Source of the DNA: Eledone cirrhosa
Lineage: Eukaryota
NCBI GenBank assembly: GCA_964016885.1
Contig: OZ024762.1
Coordinates: 17,422,001 to 17,486,000, forward strand
Length of the DNA stretch: 64,000 nucleotides
Direction: 5' to 3'
A model generated the notes under the pieces. That model did no database searches and was not told the origin of the DNA. It was given only the letters and a program-made list of their open reading frames with translations. Below, in pieces: positions 1 through 12,373 of this stretch. Each line of letters begins with the position of its first letter. Position 1 is the stretch's first letter. The position numbers were made by a program, and so were the translations under genes.

Positions 1-45
<45 letters not shown>

Positions 46-48
<3 letters not shown>

Positions 49-170
49 TGAAATTCCGGTATAACAAAATTCATCAAAATTTGTTGTAACAAAAAATTCT
101 TTATAACAAGATTGACCTAACACATCGACCGTGTGGCCATGGATTGTAAAATATTTCGTTATACTGAATA
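46..170. mobile_element. possible Tc1/mariner/pogo-type MITE end fragment
   Basis: (TA)n followed by TA|CAGTGAAATTCCGGTATAAC, a terminus-like sequence, with internal ATAAC/GTTAT repeats; no partner terminus seen. Confidence 0.3.
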
Positions 171-254
171 TATCACCTCATCTTCTCTCCAACATTTTAT
201 ACTAATACAAATTCCCCCCTTTGATAATGCATAAAAAGCTGAAACCGATAATAG

Positions 255-437
255 ACAATTATTCGGTAGAGGGTCGGACGCTATGCTTTGACGTATAGAG
301 TTACGGCCCTTGCCATTCTGAGTTCAAATTCCGCCGAGGTTAACTTTGCCTTTCATCCTTACGGGGTCGATAAAATAAAGTACCAGTAATGCTCTGGGTA
401 ATTTCTGGCCTTGTGCCAATTGTAGAAACAATTATTA
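255..437 (+). mobile_element. tRNA-derived SINE (octopus-type)
   Basis: B-box-like GAGTTCAAATTCC then TTTGCCTTTCATCC..GGGGTCGATAAA..AAGTACCAG; related copies at 14880-14960, 8815-8880 (tail) and 25985-26170 in each array unit. Confidence 0.7.
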
Positions 438-451
438 AATATATAAATATA

Positions 452-1785
452 TTTAATGTTCATCATAGTCCTGCAGGCAATAACGAAGGAGTTTAAGACC
501 GGATGCCCATGGGAACTCCTGTATGCTGATGACGTTGCACTTATAGCTGAATCTATGATAGAACTAGAGAAGAAATTCCAAACTTGGAAGCTGGGACTAG
601 AAAGAAAGGGTCTCAAAGTCAACATGACAAAGACTAAGGTCCTTGTAAGTAGACGAGAAAACAGAACCCAGATCCCCTCAGGGAAATGGCCTTGCTCAGT
701 ATGTAGGAAAGGTGTAGGTAGGAACTCCATTCTCTGCCCCAAATGCAAACAATGGGTACACAAGAGATGTAGCGGGATCTCAGGAAGCTTAATTAAGAAT
801 GTAGGCTTCACATGCAGCAGCTGTGCTGGGACAGCAAGCAGCAAACAGCCACAGGAAACAAGTACCACCAATCTCTGGGAGGGCTCTGTAGAAACAGTAG
901 ACAGCTTCTGCTACCTAGGTGACCGAATTAGCAGCAGAGGTGGGTGTTCAGAAAGTACAATAACTAGGGTAAGAACGGGATGGAAGAAGTTCAGGGAACT
1001 ACTACCACTGCTAGCTGCAAAAGGCTTCTCCCTCAAAATGAAAGGCAGACTGTATGATGCGTGTATCCGAACAGCAATGTTACATGGTAGTGAGACCTGG
1101 GCGCTGAAGGTGGAAAACTTACGTAGATTAGAGAGAAACGAAGCCTGCATGCTCCGATGGATGTGTAACAGTAATATACGTGAACGACAAAGCATAAATG
1201 AATTGAGAGAGAGACTGAGCATAAGAGGAACTAAATGCTGTGTGCAGGAGAGGCGGTTGCGCTGGTATGGACATGTGATGCGCATGAAGGATGACAGCTG
1301 CATAAAAAGGTGCAGAGCACTAGAAGTCGATGGAAACTGCGGTGTGGGGAGACCCAAAATGACCTGGGATGAGGTGATAAAAGCCGACCTTACCCAATTA
1401 CACCTCTGAAAGGCATTGACACATGACCGTGACCTCTGGCGTCACACAGTAATACAGAGTACCCGACCTCCCATGGGTACCAGCTGAAGCATATAGACAA
1501 TATGCCCCCCCCCCCCCACCGCAAGGTGGTCGTGGAGGTGCCACGGCAAAAAAGCACCCAGCCCACACTGTAAAGTGGACGTGTAGGCGCCACGAAAAAG
1601 CACCCAGCACTCACTGTAAATGAGGTTGGTGTTAGGAAGGGCATCCAGCTGTAGAAATCAAGCCAAATCAGTTCCTGTATGAGCAAGGCATGGTCAGCCG
1701 ACCAGACACTGCCCACAACAGGACAACCCGTCTAACCCATGCTAGCGTGGAAGAACGGACGTAAAACGGTGATGATGATGATGAT
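452..1785 (+). mobile_element. 5'-truncated RTE-clade LINE (RT C-terminal half, Cys/His finger, 3'UTR, (ATG)n tail)
   Basis: ORF 456-1409 has LLYADD, HGSETW, RLRWYGHVMR and GRPKMTW motifs; 3'UTR ends GATGATGATGATGAT at ~1770-1785. Confidence 0.9.
456..1409 (+). pseudogene. truncated RTE reverse transcriptase ORF (open but lacking the N-terminus)
   Basis: 317-aa translation with the YADD catalytic motif and RTE C-terminal motifs; begins abruptly after an AT-rich junction. Confidence 0.85.
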
Positions 1786-1953
1786 AAATAAATAAATAAA
1801 TGCTATTGTTAATTAATAAATAAATTAACTAATACCTTAACACTTCACACAAAGTAAAATATTTTGTTTTAAACATTTTCTAACCCAGAAAAAAAGAGAA
1901 AAAAATAAAGGGAAAAAAAAAATTTTTTCTTCCTAATAATCGTCCTTTTCTCC

Positions 1954-1999
<46 letters not shown>

Positions 2000-2012
2000 T
2001 CATGTATTCCAG

Positions 2013-2257
2013 TCTGTCTACCCAGCCAAGTTATCTTATGGCCTTCCAAAAAGACACCACGTGGTAACATATTTACATGCAAGACTAAAGAAAATGACAT
2101 CGAAAGAAGCAATCAGCAAGCTTCATATAGACCCCAATGAAGTTGATGCTTGTGCCTGGTTCAACAGCAAGCAGATAGCTTCTATTGTAAGATCAGATGA
2201 AGAAATATCTAATCCAAGCCTTCCTCAGAAGTCTCTCGACCCAGGAGCACATTTCAG
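2013..2257 (+). CDS. NUDT17: NUDT17-like Nudix hydrolase, penultimate coding exon
   Basis: Acceptor TTCCAG ending 2012 and donor GTAAAC at 2258. Reads SVYPAKLSYGLPKRHHVVTYL...IDPNEVDACAW, matching the NUDT17 family pattern S.YP..LS.GLPK.HH.V.YL...PNEV; ends in phase 2. Confidence 0.85.
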
Positions 2258-2409
2258 GTAAACCACAATATTGTTTCTATCGCTATATAGAAAGGGTGCT
2301 GGGTTGGTAAAGTCGATAAAGTCTGTAACTTAGCGGTTCCATGTAGGGATCGATAAATTAAGTATTAGACTTGAATACATACTCCCTGGATATATATATA
2401 TATAGAAGG

Positions 2410-2560
2410 ATTTAGGAAGGGCATCCAGCAGTAGAAAACCTGCCAGATAGTCCTATATGAGTGAGACACGGTCACCTGACCAGCCTTGCCTCAAGTGGGA
2501 CAACTCCCGTCTAACCCATGCTAGCGTGGAAAATGGACATTAAACGAAGATGATGATGAT
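2410..2560 (+). mobile_element. RTE 3'-end fragment
   Basis: Homologous to 1630-1785 (TTAGGAAGGGCATCCAGC...CTAACCCATGCTAGCGTGGA...GATGATGAT). Confidence 0.75.
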
Positions 2561-2698
2561 ATAACGAAGCAAGTGTGGTAAGAAACCAGGTGGACCATAA
2601 CGCACCAGAGTAATCAATACTATGGGTAGTAGAGTGGGTGATAGGAAAAGAGTCAGGACCCCGATGCTCAGCCGTCGGGGTCCTGACTCTTTTGCTAT
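2560..2698 (-). mobile_element. Penelope-like terminal-repeat fragment ending in a fold-back
   Basis: 2560-2660 is the diverged reverse complement of 4190-4295; hairpin ATAGGAAAAGAGTCAGGACCCCGA...TCGGGGTCCTGACTCTTTTGCTAT. Confidence 0.5.
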
Positions 2699-2764
2699 AT
2701 AGAAGGATATATATATAGAAGGATATATTCTAAACCCATGCTAGCGTGGAAGATAGACGTTAAA

Positions 2765-3236
<472 letters not shown>

Positions 3237-3623
3237 ACACCTCTTACTATAATTTAAACATCTCTATTTATTTATTTTATTTTATATATATTTTTTTTTA
3301 TTTACTTCAATCAAGATTTTAACTTTTAATTTCTAATTTTCAATCTTAATTTCCACTGTGAAACCATAATATCTAGAATTAAGTTTATATTCTCTTGAGC
3401 CGGTGATGGTCAAATCTTTTGTCCAAGCATAAATTAGAGTTAGTATTGAGGCCTATTGAAACTCATACTCTGCCACCACCACTAGGTTTTGGTCAACTGC
3501 CACTGGCAGGGTGAATAACAGTAAACTTTAACTGTGTCATATTACAGGCCTGGATGGGGGTGATTGTTTGGTTGAGTGTGGTGGAGGTGGGGGGACTTGC
3601 CTAGGCTAGTTTCATTGAGTTTG

Positions 3624-3824
3624 GGGTACTGGATGGTTCCTTCACTTTTGCGCCTGCGCAAACCTGTGAAGGTGAATTAGGACTCACAAGGGGTAGTGGA
3701 TGGTTCCTTCACTTTTGCGCCTGCGCAAACCTGTGAAGGTGAATTAGGACTCACAAGGGGTAGTGGATGGTTCCTTCACTTTTGCGCCTGCGCAAACCTG
3801 TGAAGGTGAATTGGGGTTCACAAG
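3624..3824. repeat. 67-bp minisatellite, ~3 copies, each with a hairpin
   Basis: GGATGGTTCCTTCACTTTTGCGCCTGCGCAAACCTGTGAAGGTGAATT starts at 3631, 3698 and 3765. Confidence 0.95.
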
Positions 3825-3918
3825 CGAACGGCCGATGGATTCAAGAACTCACGTCGTGTCCATTCCCTCGTCGTCTCTGTTTGGATTACCTCGGGAATGT
3901 AACCTTATTATATAAGAA

Positions 3919-3993
3919 GCTGTCTGATGAGATCACGGCACTGGGTACACGGGATCATGTGGCCACTGTCGTCATTGAAATATGTATCACAGC
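3919..3993 (+). ncRNA. putative type I hammerhead ribozyme (Penelope/retrozyme-type)
   Basis: GCTGT-CTGATGA-[stem II ACGGCA..TGTCGT]-GAAA-TATGTA-TC-ACAGC; stem I GCTGT/ACAGC, AUC cleavage triplet, short stem III. Confidence 0.55.
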
Positions 3994-4058
3994 ATTAACC
4001 TATAAAGGACTTTAACAACTGAAACTACTTTGCATTTTTTTATTTCTTATATATATAT

Positions 4059-4295
4059 ATAGGAACGAGTAGGACCCCGAGGGCAGAGCTCAAGCCGTTT
4101 CGACAGCTAATTCTGGACTAAAAAGCTTTTTAGTCCAGACTAAAAAGTTTTTTAGTCCAGAATTAGCCGTCGAAACGGCTTGAGCTCTGCCCTCGGGGTC
4201 CTACTCATTCCTATTACTCACTCTACTACCCTAAGTATTGAGTACTTTGGTGCGTTATGGTCCATCTGGTTCCTTACCACATTTCCATCGTTATA
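4059..4295 (+). mobile_element. Penelope-like terminal-repeat fragment with ~150-bp fold-back (4059-4214)
   Basis: ATAGGAACGAGTAGGACCCCGAGGGCAGAGCTCAAGCCGTTTCGAC...GTCGAAACGGCTTGAGCTCTGCCCTCGGGGTCCTACTCATTCCTAT; bounded by (TA)n on both sides. Confidence 0.6.
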
Positions 4296-4411
4296 TATAT
4301 ATATATATATATATATATGAAGTAATTCTGTCGGAAAGGTCCAGGAAAAAAGAGTGCTCTATGTAGGTAACAGAGCTTAATAGTTATGTAATAAACAACA
4401 TAAGGCAATTA

Positions 4412-4472
4412 TTTCATTTACCAGTGGTTTCTTAAAAGCAAACAAATTTTGCTTTCAATCATCAGAATGAAA
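4412..4472 (-). ncRNA. type I hammerhead ribozyme
   Basis: Minus strand reads TTTCATT-CTGATGA-TTGAAAGCAAA(attt g)TTTGCTTTTAA-GAAA-CCA c TGG-TA-AATGAAA: intact core, stems I/II/III all pair, GUA cleavage site. Confidence 0.8.
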
Positions 4473-4567
4473 AAATCCTGGTGTATTTATTGACATTGGA
4501 TTTTAAAAACAAAAATATAATCTATATGAAAGTGAGGCTGGAAAAGGAAGAAGGAAAGGAAAAATAA

Positions 4568-4625
4568 ACACACATGCACACGCACACACACACACACAAT
4601 TATATACATACACATATATATACAT

Positions 4626-4656
<31 letters not shown>

Positions 4657-5233
4657 TATATGTGTATATATATACATACACATACATATATACATACATA
4701 CTTATACACATAATTATCAACATATCCATACATACACATACAAATACACAAACATGCATACACACACATATACATGCATATATATATATATATATAAACA
4801 TATATATACATACATTCACACACATACATATATATACACATATATATATATACATATACATACATATACACATACATACATACACACAATCATACATATA
4901 TACACACGTACATACATACACACATATATACACGCATACATATGCATGCACAAATATAGAAATATGTACACACACCTACATACTCACACACACAAATAAT
5001 AATAAAAAATATAATAATAAAAATGAATAATAGTGTTGACAGCGATACAGGCAACAAATAAATGAACAAACACACGTGGTAAGCAATACACACAATTGCA
5101 CGTACACATACATACGTAAAAATAAATACATGCACACACTCTCACACATACACATACATATACAATTACATATGCACATACATACGCATACATATGTATA
5201 CATACACACACACACACACACACATACATATAT

Positions 5234-5295
<62 letters not shown>

Positions 5296-5449
5296 CCATA
5301 CATACACATACATATACGTACATATCACAAACACATACATACAAATACAAACACACACATGTATGTGTGTAAAACTCATTCTTAGATGTATTCATATGAA
5401 CCTTGTTTAACTCTAAAATATATATATACATATATATACACATACATAT

Positions 5450-5509
<60 letters not shown>

Positions 5510-5550
5510 ACACACACAATATATATATATACACATACATATGCATACAT

Positions 5551-5590
<40 letters not shown>

Positions 5591-6141
5591 GAAAAAATAT
5601 AATTATTATATATATAAAAAAACATAAATATTGTATATATAAAAATAAAAAGTTGGGAATACGACAAATAATAAATAAAAAAATAATTAGAAAAGGGTAT
5701 AAATGTTTATAGCTGATTTAGAGCACTCAACAAGTTCCTAGAGCAAATGATCAATGAAAATAAGCATAAAAACACTATGTAATTATGCATATACATACAC
5801 ACATACATATACATATATATATATACATATATATACATACACACACACATACAAACACAACCACAGAAATACACACACACATACATATACGTATATATAT
5901 ACACACACATAGGAAAAAATCTGACCCCACGGCAGAGCTCAAGCCGTTTCTGAGGCTACTATATATATACACACAAAACCATTATATAAAAATACATATA
6001 CACGCACAAATATACACACGGCGACACACACACGCACAAATACAGCAGAAGCATATAAAATACAATTATATATACATTTACATATACATACAGATAAATT
6101 TAAACATACATACACACACATATACATACACATATATATAT

Positions 6142-6192
<51 letters not shown>

Positions 6193-6225
6193 TACACACA
6201 TATACGCAACACACACGCACACACA
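4568..6225. repeat. compound (CA)n/(TA)n/(CATA)n microsatellite field
   Basis: Low-complexity dinucleotide and tetranucleotide runs; all overlapping ORFs are artefacts. Confidence 0.95.
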
Positions 6226-6431
6226 CAAAAATAAATATCTAAAAATTAAAAAATTTGGTAAGTGAAGGGTAAGGCAGAAAGTAGGGGGGAAAATATGGAA
6301 AATAAATGACATAGGAAAAGGTTTAAATATAAGGGGAGATAAGGGCGAAAGAGAATACGAGAGTACAGAAAGTGAATTCAGAAGGTAAAAAAACCGTAGT
6401 GAATGTAATGCGTAGAGAGCAGAGAAGGAGT

Positions 6432-6910
6432 TCAAGGTGGTTGAGTTATCGTAGGAATGTCAATCCAGTTACAGATCAGATGTGATTTCAGGTGAGGACA
6501 ACATCTGAAGATCTCGGTCTTTGAGTTCAGGCAAGCAGAAGTGGCTTTCAAGGTTTTTAAAATCCTATATTTTTCCGTGGTACACAAAGAACAATTCTTT
6601 GTGCCCCTTTGGTACTCTCTTGAATGGTCTAAAATAGACCAATCTATAGAGTACAGGATGTTTTTATCCTTGAATTCCCACACCTTACTTGCGAGGGCCG
6701 TTGCTGTTCTTTTATCGGAGTGCTTAAAAGAAGCGACATGTGCATAAAACCTGGTTTTAAACCTCTCCTGGGTCTTGCCAACATATCGCTCACTCCTGGC
6801 TGGCTGGTTATTGATTAAAGGTGTCACTTTGGCCTCATATACAACAGATTTGGTGTTACATTTGCCCTGTAATGGGCATTCATCCAGCTTCCTGCAACTG
6901 CATCCTGGAT
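6432..6910 (-). mobile_element. Penelope-like element 3' fragment (GIY-YIG endonuclease)
   Basis: Minus strand: GCSCRKLDECPLQGKCNTKSVVYEAKV...YVGKTQERFKTRFYAH..SF...C.LCTTEK..I...LNSKTE...CPH, the typical PLE endonuclease region. Confidence 0.85.
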
Positions 6911-7052
6911 TTTATATATATATATATATATAAGGAATTTGTAGTTTACTTGAAGCATTGTATGTGGTATAAAGAATTCAAAGTTTGAAAGCCATGACAA
7001 TGCAGGTTTGGACGGAGAATAATCAAGTCATAAGAAACAAGGGGTGTTTTTT

Positions 7053-7835
7053 TCATCATCATCATCATCATCAGGTTTAGCGTCCGTGTTCCACGCTTGC
7101 ATGGGTTTGGACGGGAGTTTTCCCACTTGAGGCAAGAGTGGTTGTCTTGCTCGCATTGGACTGTCTGGTGGGTTTTCTACAGTTGGATGCCCTTCCTAAC
7201 ACCAACCACATTTACAGTGTGGGGCTGGGAGGTTTTTACCGTGTTGCCTACACGGCCACATTACAGCGTGGACTGTCTGGCGGGTTTTCTACAGTTGGAT
7301 GCCCTTCCTAACACCAACCACATTTACAGTGTGGGACTGGGAGGTTTTTACCGTGTTGCCTACACGGTCACATTACAGCGTGGACTGTGTGTTTTTTTGT
7401 CGTGACACCTACACAATCTCATTTGTTTCGGCCTGGATTTTGTGGCACCAACATAACTTTACATTGAAAGGGGCGGTGTGGATGGGGTGGGGGTGGTGGG
7501 ACGGGGGTGTATTTTGTTAGAGATGCCTACTGACTGCAGTAGGTTTTACTTTGTATTTAGGTAAGGCAGGTCTTCTCTATTACTGAGTACCGCCAAAGGT
7601 CTCGGTCCAGTGACATTGTCTTGGAGAAGTGTAAGCGTGTGAGGTCGGAATTTATCAGCTCGTCCCAGGTTTTTCTGGGTCTGCCTACTCCGTGGCTACT
7701 GTCTATCTTTATTGCCCTGCACTTTGCTATACAGCTGTCGTCTTTCATGCGCATCACGTGACCATACCAACGTAGCCTTCTCTCGAGTAAACAACATCTG
7801 ATCCCTCTTATTTCTAATTTTTTCCTTAGTTCGTT
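7053..7835 (-). mobile_element. RTE LINE 3' fragment with duplicated 3'UTR segment
   Basis: RRLRWYGHVMRMKDDSCIAKCR...GRPRKTWDE; (CAT)n tail at 7053-7073; ~111-bp tandem duplication at 7158-7385. Confidence 0.85.
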
Positions 7836-8238
7836 TTTTTACCCTAATTTATTCATATGATTAATGTCTCTTCTTCCGAGGAAAATAAAGGAACTATTCC
7901 AGTGTCCGATGTGGCTTGCTATACAATGCTCTCTATATATATATATATGGGATAACAAGTTATCGTTTTAGGTAATCCACACTGCATTTAAGGTCGAGTG
8001 ATTAGCGGCCTTTAGACTCACCTGATCAATGAAACAATTGTTAATACTGTAAATAAAACACTTTTTGTACAGCCGACCATGTTATTATATATATAGTAAT
8101 AATAAGAAATCTATATATATAGTAATAATAATAAATTTGAAGACTAAAATCCAAAGAGGGCTCGATAAGTTTCAGAAGATCCTGTTAAGGGTGAAAGCAG
8201 CGATTCTTTGTTTAAACTTTAATCTGTTATTTTAATAA

Positions 8239-8283
<45 letters not shown>

Positions 8284-8284
8284 G

Positions 8285-8615
8285 GAGGCACATACATGGC
8301 TTAGTGGTTAGAAATATTGGCCTTGCAATCGCAAGGTTGTGAGTTCAATTCTCAGACCGGGTGATGTGTTGTTTCCTTGAGCAAGACACTTTATTTCACA
8401 TTGCTCCAGTTTACTCAGCTGTAGAAATGAGATGATAGGGACTGGGGTCCTTATGATTCCACTGCAAAGTGGTCGTGGAGGTGCCACGGCAAAAAAGCAC
8501 CCAGCACTCACTGTAAAATGAGGTTGGTGTTAGGAAGGGCATCCAGCTGTAGAAATCAAGCCAGAATCAGTTCCCGTCCCACCCCTGCAAGCAGGGGAAA
8601 GCGGACGTAAAATGA

Positions 8616-8620
<5 letters not shown>
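8285..8620 (+). mobile_element. tRNA-derived SINE, second copy of the 2897-3236 family
   Basis: Near-identical to 2897-3236; flanked by (TA)n on both sides. Confidence 0.85.
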
Positions 8621-8664
<44 letters not shown>

Positions 8665-9392
8665 GGGAGTAAGGTTCTATAAAAAACAGAGATTATAGAA
8701 AAAAGTAAGACAGCATGGAAATATATTTAAAGAATCTTTTTCTCTTTTTTTTTCTTCTTTAATCCATCAAAGTGACATTGAAAAAATGAGAATTTTTTTT
8801 TTGAAATTATTATTTTTTAAGTACCAGTAATACACTGGAGTTATTGCTGGCCTTGTGCCAAAAGTAGAAACAATTATTATCATTTTAGCCAGGAAGGGCA
8901 GGCAGTTTTTATCTCTCTGGTGGCCATCGCGAAAGAGATCGTGTGGTGGACGCGTTTGAAAGGGCTGAAGATGAGCACTTACCTCTTCGGTAATGCCCTA
9001 TTAACTTTTTCAAATTTCATTTGAAAAGGAAAATCAAGGGGGAGAGGGAAGTGCTCTCTTCCCAGCATTTTCTTGAAAGATGGGTGAGAGAGGCAAGCAT
9101 GGTCTGAGTGAATGGGCCTACCCTGAGTGTGTGCTTGTAGATTGGAGGTGGAAAACTGGGAGAGGGCACTTGCCCTGGTGGTCAGGGTCACCGTGGCTTT
9201 TTTAATGGGCTTTCTCCACAAGTGTCCCTTGGAAGTCTCCCCCCCATTGGGGAATTTTCCTTTGTTTTTTCTTTACACGCAGAAATGTCCACTTATACCG
9301 TCCCGTGCTGTCCTTAATGTTATACTTTATGTCAACCCTCATCGTTAATAAAGAAAACATTATTATTATTATTTTGTTTATTTGTCTTTCAG

Positions 9393-9552
9393 AGCTCAAA
9401 TAGTGAACGAAAATAAGGAAATAGTATCTGCTGATCTGCCATTAGACCCACTTCTCCAACAGGCAGATTCAAAAAGTGATTGCTCTCCTGGTAGAGTTAG
9501 CACTGGCACCAAATTTGCCTTGCAACGCTGGTTAGAACTATTAACCCATTAG
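9393..9552 (+). CDS. NUDT17: NUDT17-like Nudix hydrolase, last coding exon
   Basis: Polypyrimidine acceptor TTTGTCTTTCAG ending 9392; phase compatible with the previous exon (AG+A=Arg). Reads AQIVNENKEIVSADLPLDPLL...RVSTGTKFALQRWLELLTH* (TAG 9550-9552); RVSTGTKFAL..WL is the NUDT17 C-terminal motif. Confidence 0.85.
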
Positions 9553-9933
9553 CATTCATATTACTCTATATATACTCTTGTATTTTCATGGTAAACACTT
9601 TATCTCACATAATATCGAATCTATGAGATTTTGATATTATGTATTTTAAGAACAATACCTTAACATCAGTATGAGTGGTCGGTTACAGCTGGTTTGAAGA
9701 GAAAGAGGTGAGAGAATTCTGGCAAAGTTACAGCCGGTTTAAACACTAAAGAATTAAAGTAATAATATCATTGGACTTATTTCTGGGGTATTTTTGTTGT
9801 TGTTTTTAAAATGATATTTAAGGAAAAACTCTTCAGGCTTGCCAATCCACATGGCAACTGCTCTACTACTGAGGTGATAATTATATGTATATATATATAT
9901 AACCCATGCTAAACGATGATGATATACACACAT

Positions 9934-9987
<54 letters not shown>

Positions 9988-10149
9988 TTACATACATATA
10001 TATATATGTATATATATACACGCACACACACACACACATATATATATATACACATACATATATACACACATACACATATATCATCATTTTATGTCCGCTT
10101 TTCCATATATATATATGTATGTATGTGTGTATATATATATATGTATTTG

Positions 10150-11740
10150 TCCTGGGTATGACATTAAACTGCATCCAGTGGCAAGGCTCCAGTTCGGGAG
10201 TTCAGGAGCTGTGAAGAATGTGGAGTTACCCCTTGTTATCACTCCCAGGTCTGGTCTGGCCCGAAGCAGTAGTACCTGTTAGGGCCCTGTTTATGGGTTA
10301 GATAATTACCTTACTGGAGTGGCGCCAGTAAGATATTATCAGTCATTGAAAAGAACCATGGAGAGTATATTTAACAGCACTAGGGTTACAGCCCCTAACT
10401 ACATTGTCAAGGAGCAGCCAGGTCGTGATGACTCTGCTGGCTTAGATCCACAGAGAGGGCCAGTAGATGATGGATAGGCTGTCTCTGATACGCAACCTAA
10501 AAATATAAAGAATACAGTTTTGTCCTGCAGAAGGGCCATTAAAATGGGCACTCTGAATGTGAGAACTGTTTGGACGTTGGGTAACCTGTTCGAGGAGAGT
10601 GGTATGTAGATCCTTGCGATCCAAGAACACAGGATCCTACACGATGAGCCCGTGAAGAGAGTGATGATTGGGAAGAGGAGCCAGCTCATCACCACATCGG
10701 CAGTGAGGAACACAACTAATGCTGCAGTAGGAGGGGTGGGTTTTGTGTTGGGTACAAAGGTCAACCTGTTAGTGAAGGAGATCATACCTGTGTCTCTGCG
10801 AGTGTTGAGGGTTACCTTCAGTGAAATCCAAGACTGACAGTCATCTCAGCCTATAGTCAAACTGAGAGGAACAGTGATGTGAATGCAGAGGAGCTCCCTG
10901 AGGAAGGGTGTAGAGCTGTCAACACCCAACAAGCTCATAACATCCTGCTTGTTCTGGGTGATTTCGATGCACATCTGAGTAAGGAGAGCAGTGAAGATCC
11001 TTGCTGGTACTTCCGTAACAACACCAACCGAAACAGGAGATTACTGAGGGACACCCTGCTACAGGCGAACTTGATAGCAACCAACCTAAGGTTTAGGAAG
11101 AATCTGGGGAAGATGTGGACCTACATCTCAGATATGCACCTGTCCAAGTTCCAGATTGATTTCATTCTGATGAGGAAGAAGTGGCAGAATAGTGTTCTGA
11201 ACACACAACCATACAATTATTTCAGTACACACCGGCTTGTTATGAGTGAGGTCTGGGTAAGCTTAAGAAAGAGTAAGGCTCAGCTCCAGAGAGCTTTCAA
11301 GGAAGATGATAAGCTACAGGAGAGGTACACAGTAGAAGTGAGGAACAGGTTCAGTGCTCTATGTGGAGAGGCAGAGGAGAGAGAGATTGGGGGGACTGAG
11401 CAGGTATGAGTACTTCACCATTACATTGGCAGAAGCAAGCGAGGCCCTGGTGCTGAGGATGGATGACAGTTCTGCAGACCCAAAAGTGTGTGCAGCCAGA
11501 GAACAACAGAGCTGCCAAGTACCAATTCCATGCTGATCCTATGGAGGTGAAGAACTCTGTGCCACTTACACCAGGGCCAGAGAGGAGGTGCTGATGGAGA
11601 AGATCAGGTGTGTAGGGACAGTGGTTGACAGGTGTAAGTGTAAAGAGAGCTAGAGCAAAGGAAGGCCTTTGATTCTGTGCACTGAGACTACCCGATGAAG
11701 ATCTTACAGACTTATGGACCTGATATCACTGCTCTACACC
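10150..11740 (+). mobile_element. degenerate LINE 5' region (APE endonuclease, RTE-like)
   Basis: Frameshifted and stop-interrupted motifs GTLNVRT, LAIQEHR, GGVGF, VLGDFDAH, QIDFIL, HRLV. Confidence 0.8.
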
Positions 11741-11894
11741 AACACCAGAGTCATAACAATAAATATATATATATACATGTGTATATAGAAGAAAAATGAA
11801 AGACCATCAAAAGGTGTACATCTGTATATAGATATATATATACATGTATATATATATATATACATGTATATATATATACATATATATATATATA

Positions 11895-12012
11895 TACATT
11901 ATTCTTTGCTATATATATTTCCACATCTGCTATACTGCTTGTCAGGTGTGTTTCAGTTAATGCCATGCATATTGCTTGATTGTTTATGGCTAAGTCTGTC
12001 AGGTAAGGCATT
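11895..12012 (-). mobile_element. short LINE APE-endonuclease fragment
   Basis: ICMALTETHLTSSIADVEI resembles the APE motif (I.LTETHL...I.D.EI). Confidence 0.55.
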
Positions 12013-12373
12013 TTATATATATGTGTATATATACTAGCAGAACTACCCGGGAATGAATGAGGTTCTTATATATTAAAAAAAAGCAAAACATGTAATATAG
12101 AAATTAGTTATTTGAAATTCCATTTATTCCTCAATTGATGGGAGATTCAACATATATCTATATATACAATCGTTCGTATATAATATTCTTATTACCGATA
12201 TATATATACGCATATAAAAGTATTATTACCAAAATCGACAATTGGTGATTGATACTAATGATCAAAATCGAAGGTTTGCAGCTTATTTCTTTATTTCCAG
12301 AAATAGATCTGTTTGTAACATATATGTTAGCATCTTGAAATAAGAATATTTATTTCCATATTAATTGTTCTGT

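Noticed and set aside
359-1357. Minus-strand ORFs 359-871 and 911-1357
   Set aside because: Antisense shadows of the RTE ORF
3624-3824. CRISPR-like palindromic repeats
   Set aside because: The intervening sequence is identical (no unique spacers), the context is eukaryotic and there are no cas genes
4487-6435. Many YI/HT/VC-rich ORFs (also near 2700, 9750-10280 and in the palindrome spacers)
   Set aside because: Translations of (TA)n/(CA)n microsatellites
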